64,000 bases of DNA from Hyaloraphidium curvatum SAG 235-1 (taxonomy: Eukaryota > Fungi > Monoblepharomycota), in NCBI GenBank assembly GCA_025558095.1, contig JAIVFI010000006.1:310001-374000 (forward strand). The letters are read 5' to 3'. The notes under the pieces were generated by a model, which was not told where the DNA came from, made no database searches, and worked only from the letters and a program-made list of their open reading frames with translations. Made by a program: the position numbers and the translations under genes. Numbering within the stretch: the first letter of the stretch is position 1; each line of letters opens with the position of its first letter. Below, piece by piece: positions 45,360 to 56,833 of the stretch.

Positions 45360-47130
45360 ATGCCGGCCGAAAAGAAGCGGAAGAGGGCCGACAAGGCTGC
45401 GACGACCGACGATAGCGATGCGTTGCAAAGTGTGTCGGAAGGTGCCAGTGGCCAGCTGGCCGAGATTGCCGGGGCCGTTGCGGTTTGCGTCCTCAAGGTG
45501 CGTCTCTTCCGCTGTGCTGTGCGCTTCAACGGACCAGCGGAACCCCGCAGGAGTCGTCTGCGGAGGAAAAGTTCAACTCTGTCGTGACCCTCGAGCGCCT
45601 CTTTGCCAAGCTCATCAGGAAGCGGAAGCTCGTCCCGTCGGGGGCGGCCCCGGCGAAGCAGGCCACCGACGAGGCCGCTTCCCGCCTCCAGGCCTGGCTC
45701 AAGGACCATTACCGGCGGTTCCAAAAGGCTCTGCTGGCGTTGCTATCGGACCCCGAGCCCTCTGTCCAGGTTGCCGCCCTGAAGGCGCTCATGGAGCTCC
45801 TCAAGGCCGAATCGGACCTGGCAACGGCGACAGACGCGGGGCCGTCCAGGTTCGACAACGATGCGTACTTGCGGATCACTACGGCGGTGCTGGAGAGCCC
45901 GAACATGAACCACCACCTCATGGACTGCCTGCTCGGCTTCATCAGGGACTACGACGACGTGCGATACTACACGTACCACAACATCGAGCACCTGGCGCGC
46001 TCGAAGCTGGATTCGGGTGCCGCGGAAGAGGGCCTGCAGGATGCCATCTTCGCCGTGCTCACCGGGATCGACAGCCCCGTGCCGGCCAAGGCGGCCGACA
46101 TCGGCTCCTTCTTCGCGCTGTCTCACCAGGACAAGCCCGCAAAAACGGTCACGGACCCTTCGCACCACCGCAAAGCGTTCAGCCAGGCGTGGCTCGCTTT
46201 CCTGCGCCTGCCTCTGGACGCTGCCGCGCACAAGAAGGTGCTCCTGGTGTTGGATCGGGTGGTGATTCCGAACCTCGTGGATCCCAACTTGCTCCTCGAC
46301 TATCTGACTCAGGCCGTTGATGGCGGTGAGTTGCGGTCCCTTGCAATTCGCGGCTTTGCTTGACCTCTGGCGCTAGGCGGGGTGCTGGCTGTCCTCGCTT
46401 TGAACGGCCTCTTTACCTTGATCCACAAGCACAACTTGTGAGTTCGCGCGTCTGTCGCTGTTTCCATTTGGCTAATCCTGCATAACCGCAGAGACTACCC
46501 GGACTTCTACAAGAAGCTTTACAATCTGTTGGACGACAACGTCATGCACGTCAAGTACAGGGCTCGCTTCCTCAGGCTAGTGGATCTGTTCCTCTCGTCA
46601 ACGTGAGTTGCTGGTCGTTTGCCGAACCGATCGCCCCTGACACGGTCGCTGCAAGCCACCTGCCTTCGTACTTGGCCGCAGCCTTTGTGAAGCGCATGGC
46701 GCGCCTCCTCCTCTCCGCTCCCCCGCAGGCAATTATCGCCGTCATACCTTTGCTCTACAATCTCATGCGGCGGCATCCATCTTGCACCGTCCTCATACAC
46801 CGCGGTTCTACCGCGGCAGCGGAGACGGGCGGCAAAGATCCTTACGACCACCTCGAGCGGGACCCGGCCAATTGCAACGCTCTCCAGAGCTCCCTGTGGG
46901 AGATGGCGACGCTGGAAAGCCACTACTTCCACGCGGTCTCGGCCCTGGCGAAGCTGTTCCGGGACCGCCTGGACAAGCCCGAGTACCCGCTCGATTCGTT
47001 CCTGGACACCTCCTCGGCATCGCTGCTGGCGACGGAGCTTGGCCGCCCAATCAAGCGTGCCGTGCCCATGTCGTTCGAGTTTCCGGCCAAGCTTTTCGAC
47101 GGAGACGCGTGGGGTGACTGGGATCTTTGA
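45360..47130 (+). CDS. NOC4: Nucleolar complex protein Noc4/Utp19 (CBF/Mak21 domain); about 4 introns
   Basis: YDDVRYYT, LALNGLF..HNL|DYPDFYKKLY, HVKYRARF, HLPSYLAAAFVKRMAR, YNLMRRHP, ALQSSLWE. Confidence 0.93.
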
Positions 47131-47173
47131 CGGGCGACAGAGATGTATGTCCAAGCAAAAGACGCCTCGGAAA

Positions 47174-48735
47174 CTATTCCTCATTCTCGGCATGCCGTCT
47201 CTTGGACGACCTCCGCTCCCCGTCGTCGCGTTCCCGGGAGTGGCTCCTCTTCCGCGACGATCTCTCCCGTCTGCTGCCCTCCTCCCCTTCCTTCTCCTTC
47301 TCTTTCGACTCCCGATCCTTGTCCTTTGTTCGCTGCGAACGCGGATTCAGTACTGCTGAGGCCGCACAAACGAAAGAGGATAGCTACCGAGCTGTGGCGA
47401 TCGCTCCGCTCGCGACTCCTGTCCCTGCTTCGGTCCCGATCTTTGGAGCTCCGCTCCGAGCGATCGCGACGGTCCCGATCCCGTCCCTCCCTTGATCCAC
47501 CATCGCGCTCTTTGCTCGGCGGCGACCGGCCATCTTCGTCCAGTCCACCGTCGTTGGGAGGAGTGTGCCTCGATCCGCTGCGAGAAGCCCGAAAGTGAAG
47601 CTCTTTCCGCGCAGCACATGTGATCGTCACCTACCGCTCTTCAACGTGAATGGAAGGACCGCGCGGATCGCCAAAGTGGGGCGGAGGGCCGCCCGGCGGT
47701 CGTCCCATCGGGGAGCCGCCGCGGCCGCCCCTCATGCCCATACCCCCGCGGCCTGGCGGCGGAAATCCGCGGAATCCAGGAGGCGGCGGGCCCATCATGT
47801 CCGGCGGCGGCATCCTGTCCATGTCGGGAGGATACGGCATCCCAGGGCCCGGGGGTCCGAATCTGTCCGGCGGCGGCGGGCCCCAGTAGCCGTACGGGTC
47901 CCCCATATCCGGCGGGTACATCGGAGGGGGGTACCCTTGGTGCATCGGGTAATTCGGGTCCATGTACTCCCCCTCCCCGGGCGGCATTCCGTACGGATCG
48001 TTTTCATAGCCGGGTCCGCCAGGCTTGTCGAACTGAGAAGCAGCACTTCAGTTTCCCCACGCCTGACCGACAGGTTCCCCGAACACACCTTCTTCTGGGC
48101 AATCTGTTCCATGAGTTGTTTTTGTTTCAGGCAGTACGCCCGCCAAGTGTCCTCGTTGAAACCGTAGTTGAAGTAGTCGGACAAGTCCGCACCGGGCCTC
48201 CTCCACGGTTTATCGTCCAGCAGGTCCGGATCAATGTCGATGATGGGCTGTCCTTCGTACATGCCAACGGCATTGATGTCCACACCCCCGGCCTTCGACG
48301 GCGCCGAAGCTGTGGGCACGACGGGGGTTGTGGGTGTCTCTGCAAGATGGTAAAGACGGAGCCGTGAGCCCGCCTGCTCCACAAGCGTGCCGCACGGGGA
48401 GCTCACCGGCCGCTTTGGCAGCCGGTGTTGCGGTCGTCGGCTTGGCCTGCGCCGGCTTGTTCACAAGAGACAAGGAACCCTTCTTCGGCTCCGGCATCGG
48501 CTTCCTCCCCGGGCCGTCCATAATGATTTCGATGTCCTTGAAGCAAGCGTAAGCACGCGATGCCTCGCCTGGAAACGCGTCCGCCGACCTCATCGCTGTC
48601 CTCGTTCTCGTTGTCGTTCGCCGGCGGAGGGGCCTCTGCGAGGGATGCCGTTCCACCGCCGGCACCGTAGATCGCCTCGTCATCGTCGGCCCCTTCCAGC
48701 TCCTTGAGGTACTTTTCGGCCGCCGCCGCGGCCAT
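47174..48735 (-). CDS. FIP1: mRNA 3'-end processing factor Fip1; multi-exon
   Basis: [31 protein letters not shown] (Fip1 motif). Acidic N-terminus, Pro-rich and RS/RD-rich C-terminus. Confidence 0.93.
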
Positions 48736-48900
48736 CGAGGTCGAGGCGCTCGCGCTCTCGCGTTTATTGATCCAGGACGACTATTGCCGTTTCTCCAAAG
48801 CTTGCCCACCCGGCCCCACCCCGCACACAAAACTGGGCGCCGAATCTCCCATCCCCCAGGCCACGGCAAAAGCAGGAACCAATAGGAAATACCCGGAAAT

Positions 48901-49209
48901 GTTTCATATTTGATGCGCTCTATGTATCTGTTCCGTTGTCTGCTTGCAAAACTGCCGAGGGCGGGAGGCCCAAAGCACCGTGCTGGGCTCAACCCGCGGT
49001 TCTCGGATTACAGCGCCTCACTGGTCCGCGTACATATCCCAAAACAATGTGCAGACTGCATTCGCCGTACCCAGGCCTGCTGAGCAGCGCCTTGAGCAGT
49101 CTTCCTGGCCGTCGCTGAGGGGCACCCGGTCAACGAGACCCAGCAGCAAACCACTGTGTTTCGTCCCACACACCCCACGGCGGCAGAAAGAAAGCGGCAA
49201 ATATGAAAC
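48901..49209. promoter_or_regulatory. Mirror-oriented motif CAAATATGAAAC in the FIP1/mini-RING divergent intergenic region
   Basis: 12-bp perfect inverted copies at 48901-48912 (minus strand) and 49198-49209 (plus strand), with further shared flanks (AGCG, TTTC, TGGTTC). Confidence 0.5.
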
Positions 49210-49430
49210 TTTCGCGCCGGTTAGCTGGTTCTCGCTCCAACGGTTACGGGGTGAGTGCGGTTGCAGTTAGGCAAGCGTTTCGTTCGCGGAAATTGGGGTG
49301 GGCAAGCTTTGCCCAAACGGCCATAAATCTCAGAGACCGCGACCTGGACGCTGACCGCGAACCCCGACGGAGCTCTCTTTGTGCACACTGAGTTACGATC
49401 GTTGAGCCCGGGGCAGGCTGCAGTGCGACG

Positions 49431-49640
49431 ATGAGTGACTCGGCGCGAGCCGGCGATGATGCCTCGGACGGGAAAGCTGCAGAGGGAAAGCTCTGCCTCG
49501 TGTGCCACGAACGCCCGATTGCCTATACAACAGTCCCATGCAATCATGCAGCCTTTTGCAAACCATGCGCGATGAAGCAGGCGACGGGCGGGCGCTGCAG
49601 GGTGTGTCACGCATTGTTCGGCGAGCTCAAGCGGATCTAG
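49431..49640 (+). CDS. 69-aa stand-alone RING finger (C3HC4_3-type)
   Basis: CLVC-x11-CNH-x3-CKPC-x9-CRVC ligand spacing. Confidence 0.8.
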   Translation: MSDSARAGDDASDGKAAEGKLCLVCHERPIAYTTVPCNHAAFCKPCAMKQATGGRCRVCHALFGELKRI

Positions 49641-49657
49641 TCGCGATACCGAGGGAA

Positions 49658-52600
49658 CTATTGGTTCCTACATTGCTCGGAGTCGGTCTGCTCGGGATCT
49701 GCGGCGGACGCGGTTGCGGAGCGCAGGGCCCGTTGGTGCCGCCGTACAACGGGCTTCGCAAAAGGAACGGAATGAGATGAAGCGACAAACGGATCGCAAT
49801 GCGCTTACCTTGCTGGCATTCTGCAAGGCAGCATGGCCCGAGGCGTCGTTTTCCTTGGCAACCTTGACGCTCCGCTCGTGCCTCGGTGCAGGCTGTGGTT
49901 GCGCAACCCTGTCGGATGGTTGCGATTGGCCGATCTTGGGCGCCAGCGCACTGCTCAGCGCCCCTTTCGAGGTCTGGTCCTGTCTAGCTTGATCCTGGAG
50001 GCGCTGGTTTACCTCCTTCAGGCGGATTAGCTCAGCTAGGTGATCCGAGCGAGCTGGTTGCCGGATTAGGATTGTGCCGTTGGAGCGAGGCGGAATGCTA
50101 CCCACCTGATTCGTTCACGAGAGAGCTTGTCCGAAGCTGGGTCCGCAGTTTTTCGTTCTCCGCAGAGAGCTGGGCGATCTCTTTCTCCGCAAACTCGAGG
50201 CGGATTGCCTGGAAAGATGTCGGCACAACGGAAAGGTGCCCTGCATCGGAGCCTGCTCACCATGTTCTGCTGAGTATCGTCGAAAGCCTGATTTCGAGGC
50301 GTGGCGCGTCCCAAGGTGGTAGTATCTGACGCAAGGGCGGCCCGAGACTGGCACATGGGCGGTGTCAATTCAGGTGACAAAATTCACAAGCTCGGCGCAC
50401 CTTTGCGAGCTCTCCTTGAAGATTCGCCACAATCTGCTTCGTTTGCGCGAGTGTCTGTTGCTCTTGGAGGCGGGTACTGTGAAAGCGTGAGGCCAAGGGG
50501 CCGGGACGCCAGAGATGAGCCGGAACCCACGCTTCGGATGCCGCCAATTCGTCCTCCAACTGGGCGAGCTTCTGCTTCAGCCGTTGCTGCTCCCTATCGG
50601 TATGTGTGCGGATCTTTTCCAGCTCGGAGCGAAGCCTGTCAGCTTCATCCCGTCCTTGGCGCTGAAACATGGAGCATGAGGAGAGAGCGGATAGTCTCGG
50701 GTCGGGAAAGCCGCACCTGCATGTCCAGGTACATCTTGTGCCACTTGCCTTGGTCAGCGGCCACAGACGGGTCTGCGGACGATCCGTCCGCGTGATGCTG
50801 CTGCAGACGGTCGATGATCCGGCTCTTTTCAAAGACGTCCGCTTCCCTGACGGCCAGTTCCTCTCGCAACTGTCGCTGTCCATCCTGAAGCACATGTGCT
50901 CGTTGCATGCTTTCCGCGAGGCGCTGCTCAAGCACGTCGATGCGAGCTGCCGACTCCGAGCGAGCGACTTGCAGCTCGTCCATTGCTTTGGCCATCCCTT
51001 CTAGTTCCTCTTCAAGGAGGGATCTTGCGCTCTGGAGCGCTTCCCTCTCCTTTTCCAGGTCCTGGAATTCCGAAACGTGATGAGCAGGCTGCCTTTCAAT
51101 CCGTGACCTTGCGAAGGTACCTGAATGGAGACGCGCATCCTTTCCAACTTCTGCAGACCGATGTGGCGCTCTTCATCCGCATGCTGTCCTTTTTCGGCCT
51201 CGACGCGGAGCTCTGTACGATTCTGTCAAGCGCCGTGCACATCCATGCATAGCGGGTCAATACCTTGGCTCAGGAGCTCGACCCGCTCCGACATCGCACG
51301 AATCTTCTGCTCTTGCAAAGTAACGACGGTGTTTGCTTGGCTGTTTGCCTCCCGCAGCTGGCGAGTCTCCCTGCTCAGCGACTCGACGGCGTCATTGAGC
51401 GTGGCGACCTTGTCCTGAAGCTCCGACTCCCGGTCTTGCAGCTCGGCGTAGTCCGAGATTGCAGCTTGAGCAGCAGTCAGCTGATCCTTTAGCTTCGCGT
51501 GGTAGTCTGCCCGCAGTTGGGCCTCTCGCTTCGCATCCTGGAGCTGCTGATCAAGGTTTTCGAGCTTGGCCTCGAGGTCGAGACAAACGGCTTCGCGATT
51601 CGCCAGGGTTTGAAGCACGGACTTGTGCTCCTGCGCCAAAGATTGCTGTCTGAGGTCCTTGGCTTCCCATTCTTCGGCCAGCTGCTTCTGTACTTCACGC
51701 TGAAGCACAGGGGTCAAAATCCGGCTTCCTGTGTAGACATGGACTGAAACTACCTCGCCATTCAGCGCTTCGCGGAGCTCCGCCAGCTGTCCGTTCAAGG
51801 CCAGATTCTCGGCTGTCATGCTGCTGACCCTGCAAACGTTTCAATCAGTATGCAGCTGTCCGCATGGCGAACAAACTCACTGAGCCCGTGTCGAAGCGAG
51901 TTCGTTTTCCAGCATTGCTATCCGCGACGAAGACGAGCTTCCCTCTGCCTGCATCATAGCAAGTTCCGCCTCGTACTTGCCAGACTTGTCCAGGTGTTGC
52001 TGTCAGAGAAACGCAAATTAGAGGCGCCCACAGTGCACAAGGGGGACGATCACCTGGAGACTGCTCGCAAGCCTGTCCATTTCGTCCCGGGCTGCGGAGA
52101 GCTCCTCCTGTAACGAGTCGTTGAGGCTCTGGAGCCGTTCATGGTCTTCCTTGTCGGTCTGCAAAATGTCGTTTATAAATTGATCCGCAGATAAATGGCG
52201 CCCACCCACGGATATCTTGCTCATGATATCGTCGACGCTCCGCTCCGCGGCGGAAAGCTGGGATTCTAGGTCCGCGATGCGCTCCTCCATCTGGCGCTTT
52301 GCATCGGAGAAAGCACTTGCTTGAGTCGCAGCGGCATCTCTTGTCGCCGTCTGCTCCGAGTCAGCGAGAAGCATCAGGCATGGAGGCATTCGGCTTACCA
52401 TCTCCAGCTCCAAAGCCACCAGATCGTGAGTAGCCGAATCATTGACCTCGACGAGCTCTTCGTTTTCCTTCCGGAGCAGCAGTATCTGGCCCTCGACCTC
52501 GGCTATGCGGGTGGCAAGAGCCATCTCCCGTTCAGAGGCTCCCTGCACCTTTTCCCGACCGATGGCCAGTTCGCCTTCCAGCCGATTCAGCGAAGACTTC

Positions 52601-55600
52601 GCCCAATCCCGCTCTGATTGCAGCCGCAATACCTTTGTGATGTCGGATGAGCTGCAACGGAAAGCAGCAACAACTAAACCTACTTCGCCACGGAGCGATT
52701 CTATCTCCGAAATGGAAGGATGAATGTCGCGGGCACTCTCCTCCAGCTGAGCGATCCGGCGATCTCTGTTGTCGATCTCCCTGAGGGCCGAATCGAGCTC
52801 CTCCTTGAGCTTCTCGGCCGACGCCTCCAGGTCCCGAGATATGTGCTCCAAAGCGCCCTTCTCCTGCTGTAGCTTCTCAATCACACCCTGCATTTGCTGC
52901 AGCAGTTCGACCTGCTCCCCATCCCGCTCCGCAAGCTCCTTGACCTGGCACTGCAACGTATTGCACTCGGCCGCCTGGTCGTCCAGCTGGCTTTGGCGCT
53001 TCGCAAGGGCTGTCCGCGCATTCTCCAGGTCCGTTGAAAGCGAGGCAATAGTCCCGGCTTGCGCTGAAATCGTGCTTTGAAGTTCTGTGATCGCGAGCAC
53101 CAAATCGTCGGCCTTCGAGTCTCTCTCGCTCGCAGTCGCCTTCAGCTGCTCGTTCTCCGCCACCAAGACGCGGACCTTCTCGTCGCTCGCCGCAGCAACC
53201 ATTGCGAGCTCTTCGAGCCTCTGCTTCATCTCCAGATTCTCCCCCGCCAGCTGCGATCGCTCCGCATCCCAGTCATGAATACAGCTCTCGGCACGCGCGA
53301 GCTCATCCTTCAAGGTGTTGAGCGACTCATTCGCTTCGGAGAGCTGCCGCCCCAAAATGTTATTTTGGTCCCGCACGCTCTCCAGCTCCGAGCGGTGCGT
53401 CTGGTCGCCCGCCTGGAGGGAATCCGCCTGAGTTTGCAGCTGGACGACTTCTTCCCGGAGCGATGCCACTGCCGCCTCGTACGTAGCCCTCGTCTCCAGT
53501 AGCTCCGCCTGTGCCGCGGCAAAAGCTTGCTGGACTTGGAGGAGATCGGCCTTCGCGGTTTCGATCAAGCCGTCCCGTTCCGCAGCTTTCGCTGCCATCG
53601 CTGTCCGCTCAACCGCAAACTCGTCCTTCAAAGCGGCAATCATCTGCGTGGCGCCGAGCTTCTCCGCTTCCACAGCGGTAGCAAGCTGGTCGTGGGCCGC
53701 AGCCAGAGCTCTGATTTCTGAACGGCTCCGCTCCAGAAGCTCCTCTGCAGCCCCCAGCTTGTCAGACAAATCGGACATCCGCGCCTTCATGAGCTCTTCG
53801 GATTCCGCAGCAGCTTCTTGTACGCGTAGACTGCGCTCCAACGCCTCTTGTCGCTCCCGATCAACCTCTTCGCAACGGGAGCTGGCTTTAGCGAGTCCTT
53901 GCTGGAGTTCTGTTACGACCTTATGCATCTGGGTGCGACGACAAGAATGATGAAAGAAGAACCCGTTGGTTCGGGAAGTCTTCCCACCTCAGTATTTCGC
54001 TCCTCAAGCTCGTTGGAAACCTTGCTGAGCATTTCGTTTTCCAGCTGCAGGAAGCGATCTCGCTCGTCACTCCGAGAAACGGCGGATTCGAGAGCTTCCT
54101 TGGCAACGACAAGCTGGCGTATTGTCTCCTGCAAGCGGCGCGCAGCATCCGGGTAGTCCGGAGGCGAGGCAAACACGTCCCCGCTGACAATGCCATCGCA
54201 GGCCGAGAGAATGCTGTCGAGTTCGGTTCGGAGCTTTGCTTCCGCCTCCTTTAGAGCAGAAAGCTCCATGCTCGTCTGGCAATGCTATGTGAAGACATGG
54301 TCGGCCATTCGCACTGCACAGTTCACCTTCGATAGCTGAGAACGCAAGATCTCGATCTGGAACTGCGTGCTCGCCTTTGCCGTGCTCGGAGCCGACTCGG
54401 TATCGAGAGAACGCAGCGACGTCTGGGGAAAACGGATTCGGTCAAAGCCTTCCAACGGAACCGAAGCGAATGCACCCACGGATCCCGCGTGTGTTTCACC
54501 GGGTGCAGGGCTTTCCGTGCTGAAACATGGTGAGTAAAACATGAGGCTTCGCAGGCTGCCGTGCTTACCGATCCGTTTCCGCGATGCCACTCTGACCCTT
54601 TGCGTCGTCCTCGCTCTCCTGCACGGATCCATTGAATGAGAGCCATTCAAACGCCGCAGTTTGGCACAGCACCTCATCTGAGAAATGTGGGTTGACTCCG
54701 GGAAACCATGTCTGCCGCCTCAAAGCACGGGCTTTCCGAGCGGGGGCAGTCTGCGCCTCTCCCGCCCTTGACGAATTCAGGATCATCATTCGCAGCTCCT
54801 CGAACTTGGTCTGGAGCATCTGCTGCTCCTCGATCGACCTCGTTTTCGAGATCTTGTCCGTATCCTTGGGATCCTTCGACTTGAGTTCGTCCAGCTGCGC
54901 CTTCAACGAATCGATCTCCTTCTTGTAGCGCTTGAGCAGCGCTTCGTCCGAGATGACTTCGTTGACTTCGGGTCGGTTGCGGATGGTCTTTGCGCGGCTG
55001 GCAAACTTGAGAGTCGAAACGGTCTCCTCGGCGAAAGCCTGCGCCATGGTGATGGTGCAGATGATTGCTGTCCGAGCATTGCCTCCCAACGATGGTTGAA
55101 GAATCCTGGTGAGCTTCGAATCACGGTACGGAATGTGAACCCTTGTAGCGATGAGGGCTAATGAGTCGCGTGGATTGTCGGTGAGCGGAGGAGGACCCAC
55201 TTGTCGCTTCCTTCGGACAGCTTTCCGATCACGGTTCCCAAGGTCAAGAGACTCTTGTTGATGTGGCCTCCCTCCTTCAGGCGAATGCCTTCGGCGCCGG
55301 TGTGTCCCACGCGTTCCGATCCGGCTAGATCAACGAGGCTCTGGTGCGTGATTCGCAACGCGATTTCTCAATACGTGCCCGATGCGGACCCACCAGGGAT
55401 GACACCTTCACAGCCCCGGAGTACGACGAACGGGACGCGCCCTCGCCCTCCGTCCGGCGCTCGCGGCTTTCAATGACCATCCTGAAAATGGTGTGAGAGC
55501 GACTGCTCCGTTCGTTCATGTTTGTCTCCCCGGTGTGCCGATTAGCTGAGGACGACAGGGCGGTCAATGCGAGCGTTGCACCCTGTGGCAATCGTGAGTT

Positions 55601-56466
55601 CCACCTTCTCCTTTGCTCATCAGCCTCATGACCTCCTCCGGAGCAAGAACAATCTCTTCAGTCAGACCGCCGACAAAGATCTCGCGCTGTGGCCGCCGTG
55701 ACGGTGAGTCGAGTCAAAGATACGGAGCAGCTGGCATGCGCACGTTTGGATTCTCGTGGATTTTGAGGTTGTCGTTCTCTGGAGCAAGCAGATCCTTGAT
55801 GACCTCGTTGTAAATCTGAGGGCCGGGTCGCTCAGGTCTGGCACGTCCAACGACCAATGCTAAGGCACCTCAAGGTAAGACACGCGCAGCAGAAACTCCC
55901 TGTCCGGGGTCTGGAATCACGAGCGCGGGCCGTCAACTCAGCGGCCCCGAATGTCCGTGAGACTGTACCTGGGAGATGTACAAAAAGACGTCTCGAATCG
56001 CCATGGGGATTATTCCTGCATGTCTCCCGGATCCCATCATCGTAAAGGTCTTTCCCGAAGAAGTCTGTCCGTACGCAAAGATGGTGCCTTGGCGCCTCGC
56101 AGTTGAGGGCACGACGTGAGACAATGCCCGCCCCACACACCGTTGACTCCGTCCAAGGTAGACATCACGATGTCGCGAGCGATTCCATCGTAAACATGCG
56201 AGTTCAGGGACTTTTCGTCAAAGACCTTGTCTGCAGCCCGTGCCCGAAGTGAGCGTGGTCGCTTTTCCCGGCAGCTTCCAGAAGGGCCCACCGAAAGCAA
56301 AGGTGGTCCCAGGGATAGGGCGCTGGTCCGACGGGTGCGGCATGTACAGAGTGTTGCTCTGCACGGCCCAGGCGGGCGTCTGCCCGGTGCTCGTCTCCCT
56401 CTCATTCAGCGGCCTGGCACGGATGGCCACGTGGATATTGTCCGTCGGGCCCGGGTTCCCGGACAT
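49658..56466 (-). CDS. CENPE: Kinesin-7 / CENP-E-like motor with very long coiled coil and C-terminal CaaX; many introns
   Basis: [109 protein letters not shown]. Last exon 49753-49658 ends EQCRNQ*. Confidence 0.88.
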
Positions 56467-56833
56467 CGCGCCCTCCAACGGCGCCTGCGCGCCCGAGTCG
56501 GCGCCGGAGCGGGACCGGAAGCGAGCCTCGGGCCCAGGCGGGCAGGAGAGCGAATTCGAGGCGACGGAAGGAGATTTCTGAGAACAACCTCCGTTGCTCG
56601 CGCACGGTCCGCCGCAATTGCCGCCCGATTGCCACTCGGGCAACCGCGGAATGCGATCAGAGCCGGAACACTGCCGGGCCCGGGCGGGCGGGCTGTTTCG
56701 CGGTTTCGGCCCCAGTGCAGGTGGAACCCTTGCCCGCGGCGGTCACGACCTCCGACGGGGCCGTTCCGTTGCACCGTCCTCGATGGAGAAAGGACCCCAA
56801 ATTTGCGCAATCAAAGGAATGTGGAAGAAGCCG

